Source: Squalus acanthias (taxonomy: Eukaryota). Taken from it: a DNA stretch of 64,000 bases. Shown here piece by piece: positions 1 through 13,471 of this stretch (position 1 is the stretch's first letter; every line of letters starts with the position of its first letter). Both the position numbers and the translations under genes were made by a program. The stretch is taken from NCBI GenBank assembly GCA_030390025.1, contig CM059425.1:167340001-167404000 (forward strand), given 5' to 3'. The notes below the pieces were generated by a model. That model searched no databases. It was given only the letters and a program-made list of their open reading frames with translations, and was not told the origin of the DNA.

Positions 1-687
1 AAAATAAAATAACTCAATAATAATTCTCCCATATCCAACCCACCATACCTCCTCAGTTCACAAAGACATTCTACCTTCATATGACCCAGTTCATAAATAC
101 CATACACCCCATCTTCACCCTTTCAGAGAGACACACTTCTCCTTCTCCCTTGACGTTTGAATCTGGAACTCTTCTCCCCCTCCAACCTAATTAAGGTAGT
201 ACTTTTCTTCCACTCTCTTTCATTTGAGATGATACTATTCGCTCCCTTCTCAGAGTTCTTCTTGGCACTCTTCATCTTTCACGGGCTTTTTTCCTCAGAG
301 GCCGGCGTCGTGAGCAGCAGGAGACCGGTGGTACAGTGAGTAGTTAAACTAAGTTTCGCGGGTTTTTTCCGAGGCTTACCAATCTCGCAGACCGGCGGCA
401 GCATTCCAGAGCCACGTCACGATTCAAAAAGTGACGCGGGCAAGAGGAAGCAGCTGATTGGGTGAGTACGGCCAGGTGAGTATTTACACTACTCTATAGT
501 TTGACAGTTAAGGATAATAGTTTATAAAGTTTAGAAGGTCTTAATTTTGTGGTTATAGTTTCTACGGTCTCTGTTGTGTAGCGGGGAGTGCTAGTAAACA
601 AGGGCCCTTGAGTATATCATTTAATTGTAGTGTAATTAGTGGTATTGATTTGATTTAATTTAATTTAAATTAATTAAAGGGTAAGTC

Positions 688-1637
688 ATGGCAGCACAGC
701 TCGGCCCCGTGGCATGCTCCTCCTGCACTATGTGGGAAATCAGGAACACTTCCTGTGTCCCTGACGACCATGTGTGCGGGAAGTGTATCCAGCTGCAGCT
801 ACTGGCAGACCACATTGCGGCGCTGGAGCTGCGAATGGATACATACTGGAGCATTCACGATGCTGAGAACGTCGTGGATAGCACGTTTAATGAGTTGGTC
901 ACACCGCAGGTAAAGGCTGCACAGGCAGGAAGGGAATGGGTGACCGCCAGGCAGAGTAGTAGGCGCAGGCAGGTAGTGCATGGGTCCCCTGTGGCCATCC
1001 CCCTCTCAAACAGATATACCGCTTTAGATATTGTTGAGGGAGATGGCTTTCGGGGGAAGGCAGCAGCAGCCAAATTCCTGGCGCCAGGGGTGGTTCTGCT
1101 GCACAGGATGGGAGGAAAAAGAGCAGGGAGAGCTAAAGTGATAGGGGATCCTATTGTAAGGGGAATAGATAGGCGTTTCTGCGGCCACACCGAGACTCCA
1201 GGATGGTGTGTTGCCTCCCTGGTGCAAGGGTCAAGGATGTCTTGGAGCAGCTGCAGGGCATTCTGGAGGGAGAGGGTGAATGGCCAGTTGTCGTGGTGCA
1301 TATAGGTACCAACGATATAGGTAAAAAACGGGATGAGGTCCTAAAAGCTGAATATAGGGAGTTAGGAGGTAAATAAAAAAATAGGACCTCAAAGGTAGTA
1401 ATCTCAGGATTGCTACCAGTGCCACGTGCTAGTCAGAGTAGAAATAGAAGGATATTTCAGATGAATACGTGGCTAGAGGAATGGTGCAAGGGTGAGGGAT
1501 TCAAATTCCTGGGACATTGGAACCGGTCCTGGGGGAGGTGGGACCAGTACAAACTGGACTGTTTGCACCTGGGCAGGACCGGGACCGATGTTCTAGGGGG
1601 AGTGTTTGCTAGTGCTGTTGGGGAGGGTTTAAACTAA
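688..1637 (+). pseudogene. CR1 ORF1p (CxxC..CxxC zinc finger/leucine zipper + SGNH esterase), frameshifted
   Basis: Colinear with intact ORF1 at 18855-19805 but split over several frames, with a stop near 1375. Confidence 0.9.
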
Positions 1638-1759
1638 AATGGCAGGGGGTTGGGAACCTGAGCAGGGAGACAGAGGAAAGGGAAACAAGGATAGAAGCAA
1701 AGGTCAGGAAGGAAAAAAACAAAGGTGTCAGTCAGAGAAATCAAGGGTTTAAATCAAAC

Positions 1760-4608
1760 ATGGCCACAGTAAATAATAATTCTAAAAGGTCTAAGAGCGC
1801 TAAAAAAACAAGCCTGAAGGTTTTGTGTCTTAATGCGAGGAGCATTCATAATAAGGTGGATGAATTAGCTGCGCAAATAGAGGTAAACGAATATGATATG
1901 ATTAGGATTACGGAAACATGGCTCCAGGGTGACCAAGGCTGGGAACTCAACATACAGGGGTATTCAATATTCAGGAAAGATAGGCAAAAAGGAAAAGGAG
2001 GTGGGGTAGCATTGCTGGTTAAAGAGGGGATTAACACAATTGTAAGGAAGGATATTAGATCTGATGATGTGGAATCTGTATGGGTAGAACTGAGAAATAC
2101 CCAAGGGACAGAAAACGCTAGTGGGAGTGGTGTATAGACCCCCAAACAGTAATACGGAGGTTGGGGATGGCATTAAAAGGGAAATTAGAGAAGCGTGCAA
2201 TAAGAGCACAGCAGTTATCATGGGCGACTTTAATCTACATATAGATTGGGCTAACCAAATTAGTAACAATACTGTGGAGGAGGAATTCCTGGAGTGTATA
2301 CAGGATGGTTTCCTGGACCAATATGTCGAGGAACCAACTAGAGATCAGGCCATCTTAGACTGGGTATTATGTAATGAGAAAGGATTAATTAGCAATCTTG
2401 TTGTGCGAGGCCCCTTGGGTCGGAGCGATCATAATATGATAGAATGCTTCATTAAGATGGAGAGTGAAGTAGTTGACTCAGAGACTAGGATCCTGAATTT
2501 AAATAAAGGAAACTACGATGGTATGAGGCACGAGTTGGGTAGGATTGATTGGGTACTGTCACTCAAAGGGTTGACGGTGGATAGGCAATGGCAAACATTC
2601 AAAGATCGCATGAATGAACTACAGAATTTGTTCATCCCAGTTTAGCATAAAAATAAAACAAAAAAGGTGACTCAACCATGGCTAACAAGGGAAATTAGGG
2701 ATAGCATAAGCTCCAAGAGAGAGAACATATAAATTGGCCAGAAAAAGCAGCAAACCTGAGGATTGGGAGCAGTTTAGGATTCAGCAAAGGAGGACAAAGG
2801 GATTAATTAAGAGGGGGAAAATAGAGTATGAGAGTAAGCTTGCAGGGAACATAAAAACTGACTGTAAAAGCTTCTATAGATATGTGAAGAGAAAAAGATT
2901 GGTGAAGTCAAGCGTAGGTCCCTTGCAGTCAGAATCAGGGGAATTTATAATGGGGAACAAAGAAATGGCAGACCAATTAAATACATACTTTGGTTCTGTC
3001 TTCACAAAGGAGGACACAAATAACCTCCCAGAGATGTCGGGGAACATAGGGTCTAATGAGAGGGAGGAACTGAATGAAATCAGTATTTGTAGGGAAATGG
3101 TGTTAGGGAAATTGATGGGATTGAAGGCCGATAAAACCCCAGGGCCTGATAATCTACATCCTAGGGTACTTAAGGAAGTGGCCCTAGAAATAATAGATGC
3201 ATTGCTGGTCATCTTCCAAAATTCTATAGACTCTGGAACAGTTCCCATGGATTGGAGGGTAGCTAATGTAACCCCACTATTTGAAAAAGGTGGTAGAGAG
3301 AAAACGGGGAATTATAGCCTGACATCGGTAGTGGGGAAAATGCTAGAGTCCATTGTAAAAGATGTAATAGCAGAGCACTTGGAAAACAGTGACAGGATCG
3401 GACAAAGTCAACATGGTTTTACAAAAGGTAAATCTTGCTTGACTAATCTACTGGAATTTTTTGAGGATGTAACTGGTAGAATAGATAAGGGAGAAGCAGT
3501 GGATGTGGTATATTTGGACTTTCAGAAGGCTTTCGATAAGGTCCGCATAAGAGATTAGCATGCAAAGTTAAAGCACATGGGATTGGGAGTAAGGTACTGA
3601 CTTGGATAGAGAACTGGTTGGCAGACAGGAAGCAAAGAGTTGGAATAAACGAGTCTTTTTCCGAGTGGCAGGCAGTGACTAGTGGGGTACCACAGGGATC
3701 GGTGCTAGGACCCCAGTTATTCACAATATATATTAATGATCTAGACGAGGGAACTAGATGTAATATCTCCAAGTTTGCAGACGACACAAAGCTGGGTGGG
3801 CGTGTGTGAGGAGGATGCAGAGAAACGCCAGTATGATTTGGACAGGTTGGGTGATTGGGCAGATGCATGGCAGATGCAGTATAATGTGGATAAATACGAG
3901 GTTAGCCACTTTGGTGGCAAAAACAGGAAGGCAGATTATTATCTGAACGGCAATAGATTGGGAAAAGGGGAAGTGCAATGAGACCTGGGTGTCCTTGTGC
4001 ACCAGTCGCTGAAGGTAAGCATGCAGGTGCAGCAGGCGGTTAAGAAGGCAAATGGTATGTTGGTCTTCATAGCGAGAGGATTCGAGTACAGGAACAAGGA
4101 TGTCTTGCTGCAGTTGTACAGGGCCTTGGTGAGACCACATCTTGAGTATTGTGTGCAGTTTTGGTCGCCTTATCTGAGGAAGGATGTTCTTGCCATGGAG
4201 GGAGTGCAATGAAGATTCACCAGGCTGATACCTGGGATGGCAGGAATGACGTATGAAGAGAGATTGGGTCGATTGGGCTTATACTCGCTGGAGTTTAGAA
4301 GAATGAGAGGGGATCTCATTGAAACTTATAAAATTCTAACAGGACTAGACAGACTAGATGCAGGAAGGATGTTCCCGATGGCTGGGGAGTCCAGAACCAG
4401 CGGTCACAGTCTAAGGATAAGGTGTAAGCCATTTAGGACTGAGATGAGGAGGAATTTCTTCACCCAGAGAGTGGTGAACCTGTGGAATTCTCTACCACAG
4501 AAGGCAGTTGAGGCCAATTCATTAAATATATTCAAGAAGGGGTTAGATATATTTCTTAAGGCTAAAGGGATCAAGGGATATGGGGAGAAAGCAGGGACAG
4601 GGTACTGA
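1760..4608 (+). pseudogene. CR1 ORF2p (APE endonuclease + reverse transcriptase), multiple stops and frameshifts
   Basis: ORF-track pieces 1760-2137, 2121-2645, 2734-3558, 3618-3809, 3997-4212 and 4237-4608 join into one EN-RT protein ending KGIKGYGEKAGTGY. Confidence 0.93.
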
Positions 4609-4691
4609 ATTTGGATGATCAGCCATGATCTCATTAAATGGCGGAACAGGCTCGAGGGGCCGAATGGCCTACTCCTGCTCCTATCTTCTAT

Positions 4692-5070
4692 CCCCCATCC
4701 AGTTCATGCACTTAGCCTCTCCAATCTCTCTCAGTTTCTGCTGGCACTCTCCCCTTAATTACCTATCATTTCCTCCTTCCCTGTATTGCCATCCTTTTAC
4801 CTCCCTCTTCATTGTCATCAAGTTCCCTTTCCATTTCCATCCACTTTCCCTGTTGACTGCAATCCACTCCCCTCCCTATCCAGTTCCCCCTTGCTATACA
4901 TTATGTGCCCTTCGTTCACCATACGTTCTGCCACCTCTCCTTGCCAGTATTTGCCCTTCCCTTGCCAAGCATTCTTCAACCCCCCATCCCCTTGCCAAGC
5001 ATTTGGACTCTTGCCCCTCACCCTGCAATCTTCCCAATCCCTTTCCCTGCCCATGCACTCTGCCTCCTTA
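4692..5070. repeat. Pyrimidine-rich low-complexity tract / decayed minisatellite
   Basis: CT-rich with recurrent cccttgccaagcatt-like units; a similar tract lies at about 6155-6340. Confidence 0.45.
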
Positions 5071-5071
5071 A

Positions 5072-6140
5072 CAACAACAATAGGAGCTACTTGCATTAAT
5101 ATAGTGCCTTTAACATAGAAAAATATCCAGGGTGCCTCACAGAGGCAAAATGGAAAAAAATGAGCGCTGAGCCAAAAGGAATGATATTAGGAGGGGTGAC
5201 GAAAGCTTGGTTGGAAAGGTGGATTTTAAAGAGGGTCTTAAAGGAGAAGAGGGATGTGGAGTTAAGAAGAGAATCCCAGAAAATGGAAAGTAAGCGGCTG
5301 AAGGGATGAGCAAATGCATAAGAGGCCAGAGTCAGAGAAATGAAGAGGTCAGGGCAGCACTGGAGAAGGTCACAGAGATAGGGAGGTATGAGGCCATGAA
5401 CAGATTTAAACTTGAAGATGAGAATTTTAAAATTGAAACTTGAGGGAACCAGAAGCCAGTGTAGATCAGTGAGGATATAGGTGCTGGGCAAGCAGGATGG
5501 TTCAAGATAGGACAGAGAGAGAAAAATTGGATCATCTGAAGTTTAAGGAGAGTGGAGGATGAGAGGCCAGATAGGTGAGCATTGGAATAGTCAAGTTTGG
5601 AGGTGACAAAGGCTTAAATCAAAGTTTCAGCAGCAGATGGGCTGAGGTAGGGCAGGAGGAGGGCAATGTTACAATCTTTGTGATGAAGAGGATAGGGGGT
5701 TGGAACTCAGTTTGGGGTCAATTAGGACACGGAGGTTGTGAACAGTCTGGTTCAGCTTGAGACAGTGACCAGGGAGGGGGATGGAATCGGTGACAAGGGT
5801 ACAGAATTTGTGGCATGGGCCAAAGACAATAATTTTGATCTTCCCAATGTTTAGCTGGAGGAGCTTACAGCTCATCCAAGACTAGATGTTGGACAACCAT
5901 TCTAACATCACAGATGCAGTGGAGGGGTCTAAAGAAGTGACGGAGAGGTAGAGTTTAGTATCATTGGTGTACATGTGGAAGTTGACTCCATGTCTGCGGA
6001 TGATGTCACCAAGGGCAGCATATAGACGAGGAAGATCCTTGGGGATCTCCTGAAGTGATGGTACAGGGGTGGGGAGAGAAATTATTGATAGAGATGCTCT
6101 GGCTATGACCAGAAAAGTAACAGTAGAGCCAAGCTAGATA
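5072..6140 (-). mobile_element. L2-clade LINE 3' fragment
   Basis: Minus-strand peptides LTDLHWLLV..FKILIFKFKSVHGLIPPYL, LQLNIGKIKIIVFG and SGDPQGS resemble the L2 RT C-terminus; (TTG)n tail at about 5072. Confidence 0.8.
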
Positions 6141-6645
6141 ATGGAATAGAGGTATTCTTCTCCCTTCCACTCCTTTCCATTCCCTTCCCCTTCCATGCAT
6201 CGTGCCACCTCCCCTACCTTTGCCATATGTCTTGGCCTCCTTTGATATGCATTCTCCACCCTCCCCTTCCCTTTCCGTGCATTATCTTATCTCCTCTCAC
6301 ATCGCCTTGGCATCTATTTCCCACTCCCGTCCTGCATCTACCTGAGTCCATTGGCTAATCCACCAGATAGTTTCCGCTCCTCCTCTTTGCTCCCAGCACC
6401 AATGGCCCAGATTGGCACCTCTGCATACAGGAGATGAGAACCTCTGTTCTCACACAAGTTTTGGCCTACACAATACAAAGGTGGCAATCTGAGCCATTGT
6501 GCTGAAAGTGCACAGAATGGAGCAGGATCTCTCTGGTGCAATAGCCACTAGACTCAGGACGAGTGAGACAGAGTAGGCCCAGCTACTCTGATCTGTGGCA
6601 GCAAACATTGACCCACTGACCAGGCTCCCAAAACACTGATGTCTG

Positions 6646-7296
6646 ATTGGCCTTCATTGCAAGAGGATTTGAGTACAGGAGCAAGGATGTCTTACTACAG
6701 TTATACAGGGCCTTGGTGAGACCACACCTGGAGTACTGTGTGCAGTTTTTGTCTCCTTACCTAAGAAAGGATATACTTGCCATCGAGGGTTTGCAGCAAA
6801 GGTTCACCAGACTGATTCCTGGGATGGCAGGACTGTCGTATGAGGAGAGATTGGGTCGACTAGGCCTGTATTCACTAGAGTTTAGAAGAATGAGAAGGGA
6901 TCTCGTGGAAACATATAAAACTCTGACCGGGCTAGACAGGACTAGGATGCAGGGAGGATGTTTCCCCTGGCTGGGGGGGTCTAGAACGAGGGGTCACAGT
7001 CTCAGGATATGGGGTAGGACATTTAGGACTGAGATGAGGAGAAATTTCTTCACTCAGAGGGTGGTGAACCTGTGGAATTCTCTACCACAGACAGCTGTGG
7101 AGGCCAAGTCACTGAATATATTTAAGAAGGAGATAGATAGATTTCTAGACACAAAAGGCATCAAGGGGTATGGGGAGAGAGGGGAAATGTGGTATTGAGA
7201 TAGAGGATCAGCCATGATCATATTGAATGGCGGAGCAGGCTTGAAGGGCTGAATGGCCTACTCCTGCTCCTATTTTTCTATGTTTCTATGTTTCTA
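6646..7296 (+). mobile_element. CR1 LINE 3' fragment
   Basis: ORF 6647-7198 ([12 protein letters not shown]...KGYG), 3'UTR hairpin and (TTTCTATG)n tail. Confidence 0.92.
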
Positions 7297-7531
7297 ACAG
7301 GACTTCCCTACTTTTATAATCCATTCCCTTTGCAATAAAGGCCAACACTCCATTTACCTTCCTAATTACTTGCTGTACCTGCATGCTAGCTTTTTGTGAT
7401 TCATGTACAAGGACCCCCAGATCCCTCTGTACCTCAGCATTTTGTAATCTCTCCCCATTTAAATAATAATTTGCTTTTTTATTTTTCCTACCAAAGTGGA
7501 TAACCTCGCATTTTCCCACATTATACTTCAT
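7297..7531 (-). mobile_element. CR1 internal ORF2 fragment
   Basis: Peptide MKYNVGKCEVIHFGRKN...RDLGVLVH. Confidence 0.88.
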
Positions 7532-7867
7532 AGTCTTAACTTAAACCTCTTGCAATAGTTTGTTATGATGAGATTAGTTTATCTATACAGAAATTTTGTT
7601 AAGACTGTAAGTTTATGATTTTTAGATTATGCATAGAGATAGATCATTTCATTATTTTGGTGATTTTTTATGCTCGCTAAGGTGTGGGGCACTCAGATGT
7701 TGAGCATTCTCAGATCAGGCATAGCAAAGTCAATTACAGAGTAATGTTCCCTCTACAGCAGTTTCCCAACAATCTCCTTTAATCCCAATCTCAGAGGACC
7801 CCCACAAACCCAGTACCAGCCATTTTATGTCCTCTCTGTATGTGATTCACAATTTATGCCAAATTAC

Positions 7868-7932
7868 CATCAGATCGCGGGGCGGGGGGATCATCAGATC
7901 GCGGGGCGGGGGGATCATCAGATCGCGGGGGG
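7868..7932. repeat. 21-bp tandem repeat (~3 copies) at the start of a GC-rich non-autonomous DNA transposon remnant (~7868-8311)
   Basis: Unit catcagatcgcggggcggggggat-like, translating as IRSRGGGI repeats; the remnant ends in TIR-like attaatattgaccc, and its partner end was not found. Confidence 0.6.
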
Positions 7933-8326
7933 ACGGGGTCAGCTGTAATCAGCATAAAGTTAGCATGAGGGGCCGGGGGATCCTTTCTTGCCTCTGGCTC
8001 ACAAGCTGTGCTCTAAAAAGCACTTACCCTCTGCAGCTAGCTACTCCCGTCTACATTTAGCTGCTGGGTTTCCCGACCCATGGGAAACCCTGCCCACAGT
8101 TGTTAAATTTAAATCAGACTTCTAACTGCACTGTGGGAGCCTGATTTAAATATTATAATGAAGGGTCCCACCTCTCCCAGATGGGACACAGACAGGCCAC
8201 GTAACCCGCTGTAAAATTAGCGGCAGGCACGTATGTGGCAGGTCGGGTACACGTTTCACTCCCCCGACCCCCAACCCTCTCCTGCCCGTCATGGGGGGAT
8301 TAATATTGACCCTATTGAGTTGGATT

Positions 8327-9881
8327 ATAAGGACATAAGAAGTAGGAGCAGGAGTAGGCCATACAGCCCCTCAAGCCTGCTCCACCATTCAGTAAGATCA
8401 TGGTTGACCTTCTACATCAAATCCACTTTTCGTCCTATCCCCATATCCCTTGATTCCCTTAGTACTCAAAAATCTATCGATCTCATTCTTAAATATACTC
8501 AACGATTCAGCATCCACCGCCCTCTGGGTTAGAGAATTTCAAAGATTCGTAACCCTCTGAGTGAAGAAATTTCTCCTCATCTCAGTCCTAAATGCCCGAT
8601 CCCTTATTCTGAGACTATGCCCCCTAGTTCTAGACTCTCCAGCCAGGGTAAACAGCCTCTCAACATCTACCCTGTCAAGCCCCTAAGAATTTTATATGTT
8701 TCAATTAGATCACTTCTCATTCTTCTAAACTCCAGAGAATATAGGCCCATTCTACTCAAGCTCTCCTCATAGGACAACCCTCTCATCCCAGGAATCAGTC
8801 TGGTGAACCTTTGTTGCACCCCCCCTAAGGCAAGTTTATCCTTCTGTAGGTAAGGAGACCAAAACTGTGCACAGTACTCCAGGTGTGATCTCACCAAAGC
8901 CCTGTACAATTGCAGCAAAAGTTCCTTACTTTTGTACTCCAAACCCTTGCAATAAAGGCCAACATACCATTTGTCTTCTTAATTGCTTGCTGTACCTGCA
9001 TGTTAACTTTCTGTGAGTCATGTACAAGGACCCCCAAATCCCTCTGAATGCCAACATTTACTAGTCTCTCACCATTTAAAAAATATTCTGCTTTTCCATT
9101 CTTCCTACTCAAGTGGATAATTTCACACTTCCCCACATTATACTCCATCTACCACGTTCTTGCCCACTCATTTACCCTGTCTATATCCCTTTGCAGCTTC
9201 TTTGGATCCTCCTCACAGCTTACTTTCCCACCTAGCTTTGTATCGTCAGCAAACTTGGATATATTACATTTGGTCTCCTCATCTAAGTCATTGATATAGA
9301 TTGCAGATAGCTGAGGCCCAAGCACTGATTCTTGTGATACCCCACTAGTTACAGCCTGCCAACCCAAAAATGACCCGTTTATTCCTTCTCTCTGTTTTCT
9401 GTCCATTAACCAATCCTCAATCCATGCTAATATATTACCCCTAATCCCATGAGCTTAATCTTGTGTAACAACCTCTTGTGTGGCACCTTATCGAAAGTCT
9501 TCTGAAAATCCAAACAAACCACATCCACTGGTTCCCCCTGTCAGTTACACCCTCAAAAAAACTCTAATAGAATAGTGTTGACTCTGCCTAATCATATTAT
9601 GATTTTCTAAGTGCCCTGTTACCACATCCCTAATAATAGATTCTAGTATTTTCCCTACTACTGATGTCAGGCTAACTGGCCTGTAGTTCCATGTTTTCTC
9701 TCTCCCTCCTTTCTTGAACAGCTGGGTTACATTTGCTACCTTCCAACCCACGGGGACCGTTCTAGAATCTAGGGAATTCTGGAAGATCAAAACCAATGCA
9801 TCCACTATCTATGTAGCCACCTCTTTTAAAATCCTAGGACGTAGGCCATCAGATCTAGGAGATTTGTTGGCTTTTAGTCCC
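8327..9881 (-). mobile_element. CR1 LINE 5'-truncated copy
   Basis: Minus ORFs 9545-9805, 9149-9406, 8891-9148 and 8667-8942 give RT motifs; 3'UTR and tail at about 8330. Confidence 0.92.
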
Positions 9882-10491
9882 TTCTATTATGCCTTCTATG
9901 TCACTAAATGGGCTTCAATTTATGATGTATTCCAACATTTTCCCATCTAAGATGTCAAAAGCTATGTGCTACATACTGTTATAATATGACCCATATTTGA
10001 ATCCAGTTGTTGGTGTATTTGTCAATGGCTTCTGGATGCAAAGACACACCAAGGAAAATGACAAATTTGTGAGTAGTTGCATAGTGTACTCTCTATGCCA
10101 TGGTTTTGCCATGATTTGGCCATCAGGCTATACAGAGGGGAAAACTGCAGCAAGAAGAGGATGTGTTTTTATTATTATTCAGGCAGAAATGACTCTATTT
10201 TTGCTGTCACACCAAAATCACGATGACAGTCAGAGAAGTACAAAATTAGTTTGTGACTGTAATTGCTCAGAGCTACATTAGTCTTTTTATGATGACACAG
10301 CCTTCAAGGTATCTGCTTTCAAAATTTTGTATAATGCTATAACTTCACATAACTGTTTCAGTAGCAATAAGGCAATGCAGCACTAGTATCACATTACACG
10401 CCATAAACAAAGTATAAAATCAGGCCATAGTCATCTCATCTCTTGGACTTGATTTTGTATCCATCTAGATTAACAGGATAGAAGTCTCTTC

Positions 10492-10650
10492 AAATAACAA
10501 CAGAAAGTGCTGGAAACACTCAGCAGGTCAGGCAGCATCGAGAAGAGGATGTTTCTCCTCTCCTCGATGCTGCCTGACCTGCTGAGTGTTTCCAGCACTT
10601 TCTGTTGTTATTTCAGATTTCCAGCAGTCGCAGTATTTTGCCATTGTATT
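10492..10650 (+). mobile_element. Short hairpin-shaped Penelope terminal-repeat insertion
   Basis: Inverted arms (aaataacaacagaaagtgctgg... / ...ccagcactttctgttgttattt) and the same 3' tail as the Penelope end at 60340-60433; TSD gaagtctcttc / gaagtctcctc. Confidence 0.8.
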
Positions 10651-11376
10651 GAAGTCTCCTCTGTCTGGTGGCTGTAAGAGTCCTAAATAAAATGACTGGG
10701 ACCTCAACCCAGTGGTGTAAGTGCAATCTCACAGGGAGGGCAGTTTGAGTAATAGAAATATCATACTGGAGCAGAAGGGAGCCCTCCTGAGCTCCTGGTT
10801 AAGTGACATTTGAGATGGAATTACTTCCATCAATAATTTTACCCAAAAAATCAACGTGAGGATATGAGATTTCCTGTGTGGTGCTCATGTAAAATTTCTT
10901 TGGTAAAATTATTGACAGGAAGAATTGTCATCCTATTACTGGGACAGTACAGATGGAATTTTGCCCTGCAATCCATCCTGTGCTATATCTAAGCTAGGGG
11001 AGCCTGCTTGTAACAGTGGATACAACAATTCAAAACATTTTCATTTCTGGCACTTGATTCCTCACCTTGATGAGCACTAATATTCATCATTCTAGATAGA
11101 GCATTCATTTCATTTGTTAGAGAAGGAAAGAAGTGAAAACTGTTGACCAGCCTATAAATGTATCAGAGTAAGTCAACAACTAAAACAATAGTTCATAGTT
11201 TTAAAGTCAGTATTCTCTGAAATGTGATCTAAGTAGGTAAACTGTTAAGATTGTTATCAGTACCAACTACACAAGCACAAACAGAAAGTGCCTTATGTCA
11301 CTGCAGGCCTCAATAAACCAGGCCAGAGATCGACTCGGCAGTAGAGACAGTAATCAGAAGGTCAATTAAGTACCAT

Positions 11377-11894
11377 GGTCCAGAATATCCACGGGATGCA
11401 ATCCTGACACTTATGCTGGGAAGGCTCCTGCTGCTGCCCTCCAGCGCTGAACCCACCAGAATTTGTGGAGTCAGTGAGGGGGCACCTATTTAGCATGGGG
11501 CCTGTGGCACCTGTACCATTAGCTATGTCTGGTGTTCGCCATGTTTGGGGGCCGGGGACAATCTCAATTTGACATTTTTTTTTTAAATTTGGGGGGTCCA
11601 GGCCATTTCCTACCTGGAGGCCGGTGTGCTTCATCTCACTTGGCGTACCAGGCTCCAGTCCAATGCTGGGCCCCACCAGAGCCAGGGAAGTGGGAACTCC
11701 CAGGATAGGGAGTCTCTGTTTCTAGCTCTGCCTTCTTAGTGTCATTTGCCTTGTAAAGAGCAGGGAAAGGTTTTTCCCCTTACAAGGTTGCCCAGAAACT
11801 CCTGAAATTGGTGGAGATGTGGAGCAACTGGGTCCCTGCAATTTTCCTGGGGATTCTTCCAGACGACTTCAGAACACCCTGGATTTTTGGGGCC
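11377..11894. mobile_element. Possible old Harbinger-type MITE
   Basis: Imperfect TIRs ggtccagaatatcca / rc ggccccaaaaatcca with a GC-rich interior; flanks cat/tag do not match. Confidence 0.35.
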
Positions 11895-11906
11895 TAGATT
11901 CTAGTC

Positions 11907-12030
11907 TGAAGAAGGGTCTACACCTGAAATGTAAACATATCAGTTCTCTGCACTGATGCTAACTGAGTTGCTGTGTGTTTCCAGAGTTTTCTGTTTCTGA
12001 TTTCGAACATCTGCAGTTTTTTTCTTTTTC
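11907..12030 (+). mobile_element. Diverged Penelope terminal-repeat fragment with degenerate hammerhead core
   Basis: ctgaagaagggtctacacctgaaatgt ... gatgctaactgagttgctg ... catctgcagtttt parallels 60303-60433; weak TSD tagattctagtc / cagcttccagtc (9/12). Confidence 0.55.
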
Positions 12031-13471
12031 CAGCTTCCAGTCGCAAGTGATAAGTACAGCGCCCAGTAATGGGCTCCTAAGGCAATAGTGCTTACAGTTA
12101 CAAAGTGCATTTAAGCATCAATGGACAAGACTGAATGATTAGCAATATTAAATAACAGTGACATTATTCTCATGTATAATTACTAGTCACAATAGTTGTT
12201 TATTTTCTGTAATCTTTCTCTGCATTCATATCAAGAAAATAATTTGAAGATGTGCAGCAGGTGCTAATTGTGAATTGCACTTACTAGCACATGGTAGCAA
12301 GCATGCCCTCGACACCACTAAAGAGTTAACTGCACAGCTTAATTAAAACTCCTGTTATCTGCTCACTTTAGTATAGCATATACCTATATATCAAATCTCT
12401 TAGGGCTTCTCTGCTAACGATGACAAGACTTCAACTGGAGATGATATTAATAGTCTAAAACCCCAGCATTAGACTAAATAAATCTAACCTCATAACACTG
12501 TCATACTTTCTGTATAATGCTACCTCATTTTATTTGCCATTCCACAATATGGTATATTGGAAGAGCAATCACCCACACGCATCCCCCACTGAAGAACTCA
12601 AAGTGCCCTAAAATGACACACAAAAATATCCACAATGACTTTTGCGATGTCCCAAAATGATTTTTTTTTTTACTAACACTTTTGTGTGAAAATAGATAAT
12701 CTCCTATATATTTTGAAAAGCAAAGTAATAGGGAGCTCTGCATAACATTAATACACAAATGCCAACATTTTCTGCACCAAATTTTCTCTTGCCTTTGCAA
12801 ACGCCAGCATTCATTTTACTTTTGCTCTTGAAGCTCGCATTACTTCAAACTTGTGATAAATTAATCTACGCAACACCTGGTGTGCAGGTAATTTAAAGTG
12901 GAGCATTCTCTGGCCTAATTAGTGAACTGAATGCAATGGTCTATCGTTGAGACTTCCTTATTAAAGACCATCTGGCATCAAGCTCTCTGGTGTGCTGGGG
13001 TGCTTTGGTGCAACTTTCATCTGCTTCTTACGATTATCATTTTGCACAAGTTTTTCTCAGAGGACCATCACTCAAGATTCTGCAGAATTTCTGGCTCTTC
13101 AATGCAAATATTGAACTTGGATTATTTTTAAACTTCCAATCTTAAATCTTTGATTTATGGTTTAGTAGCAAGCGACACATTTATATCTTTAGCCTTTTAA
13201 ACTAGAAAAAATACAAAAATCCAGAGTGTATACATTAAGAGGAATGCAAGCCATCCTTTTGAATTATAAATGTGGACCCTTTCTGCTGAATGAAATATCA
13301 TTTTTTTCACATTTATACTTTTATTAATTACTCTCTAGTTTTATATATTATTAAAAATGTTGAGTTTGGGTTGTCATCTAGCCATCTTATTCGTTTGTTC
13401 ATGCTTCTAGTGATCTGATTAGTTCATGCTCCATGATCCATCCCTTCATTATGCACATAGTGATTTGGTTG

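Larger units (their letters stand above)
300..4691 (+). mobile_element. Near-full-length CR1 LINE, copy 1 (inactivated)
   Basis: 5'UTR, ORF1 688-1637, ORF2 fragments with APE endonuclease (LNARS, ITETWL, GDFN, SDH) and RT ([26 protein letters not shown]), and a CR1 3'UTR ending ctcctgctcctatcttctat. The 5' boundary is approximate. Confidence 0.93.

Noticed and set aside
6646..7531. Twin-priming inversion of one CR1
   Set aside because: The inverted piece lies 3' of the tail and differs in sequence subfamily, so these are two separate insertions.
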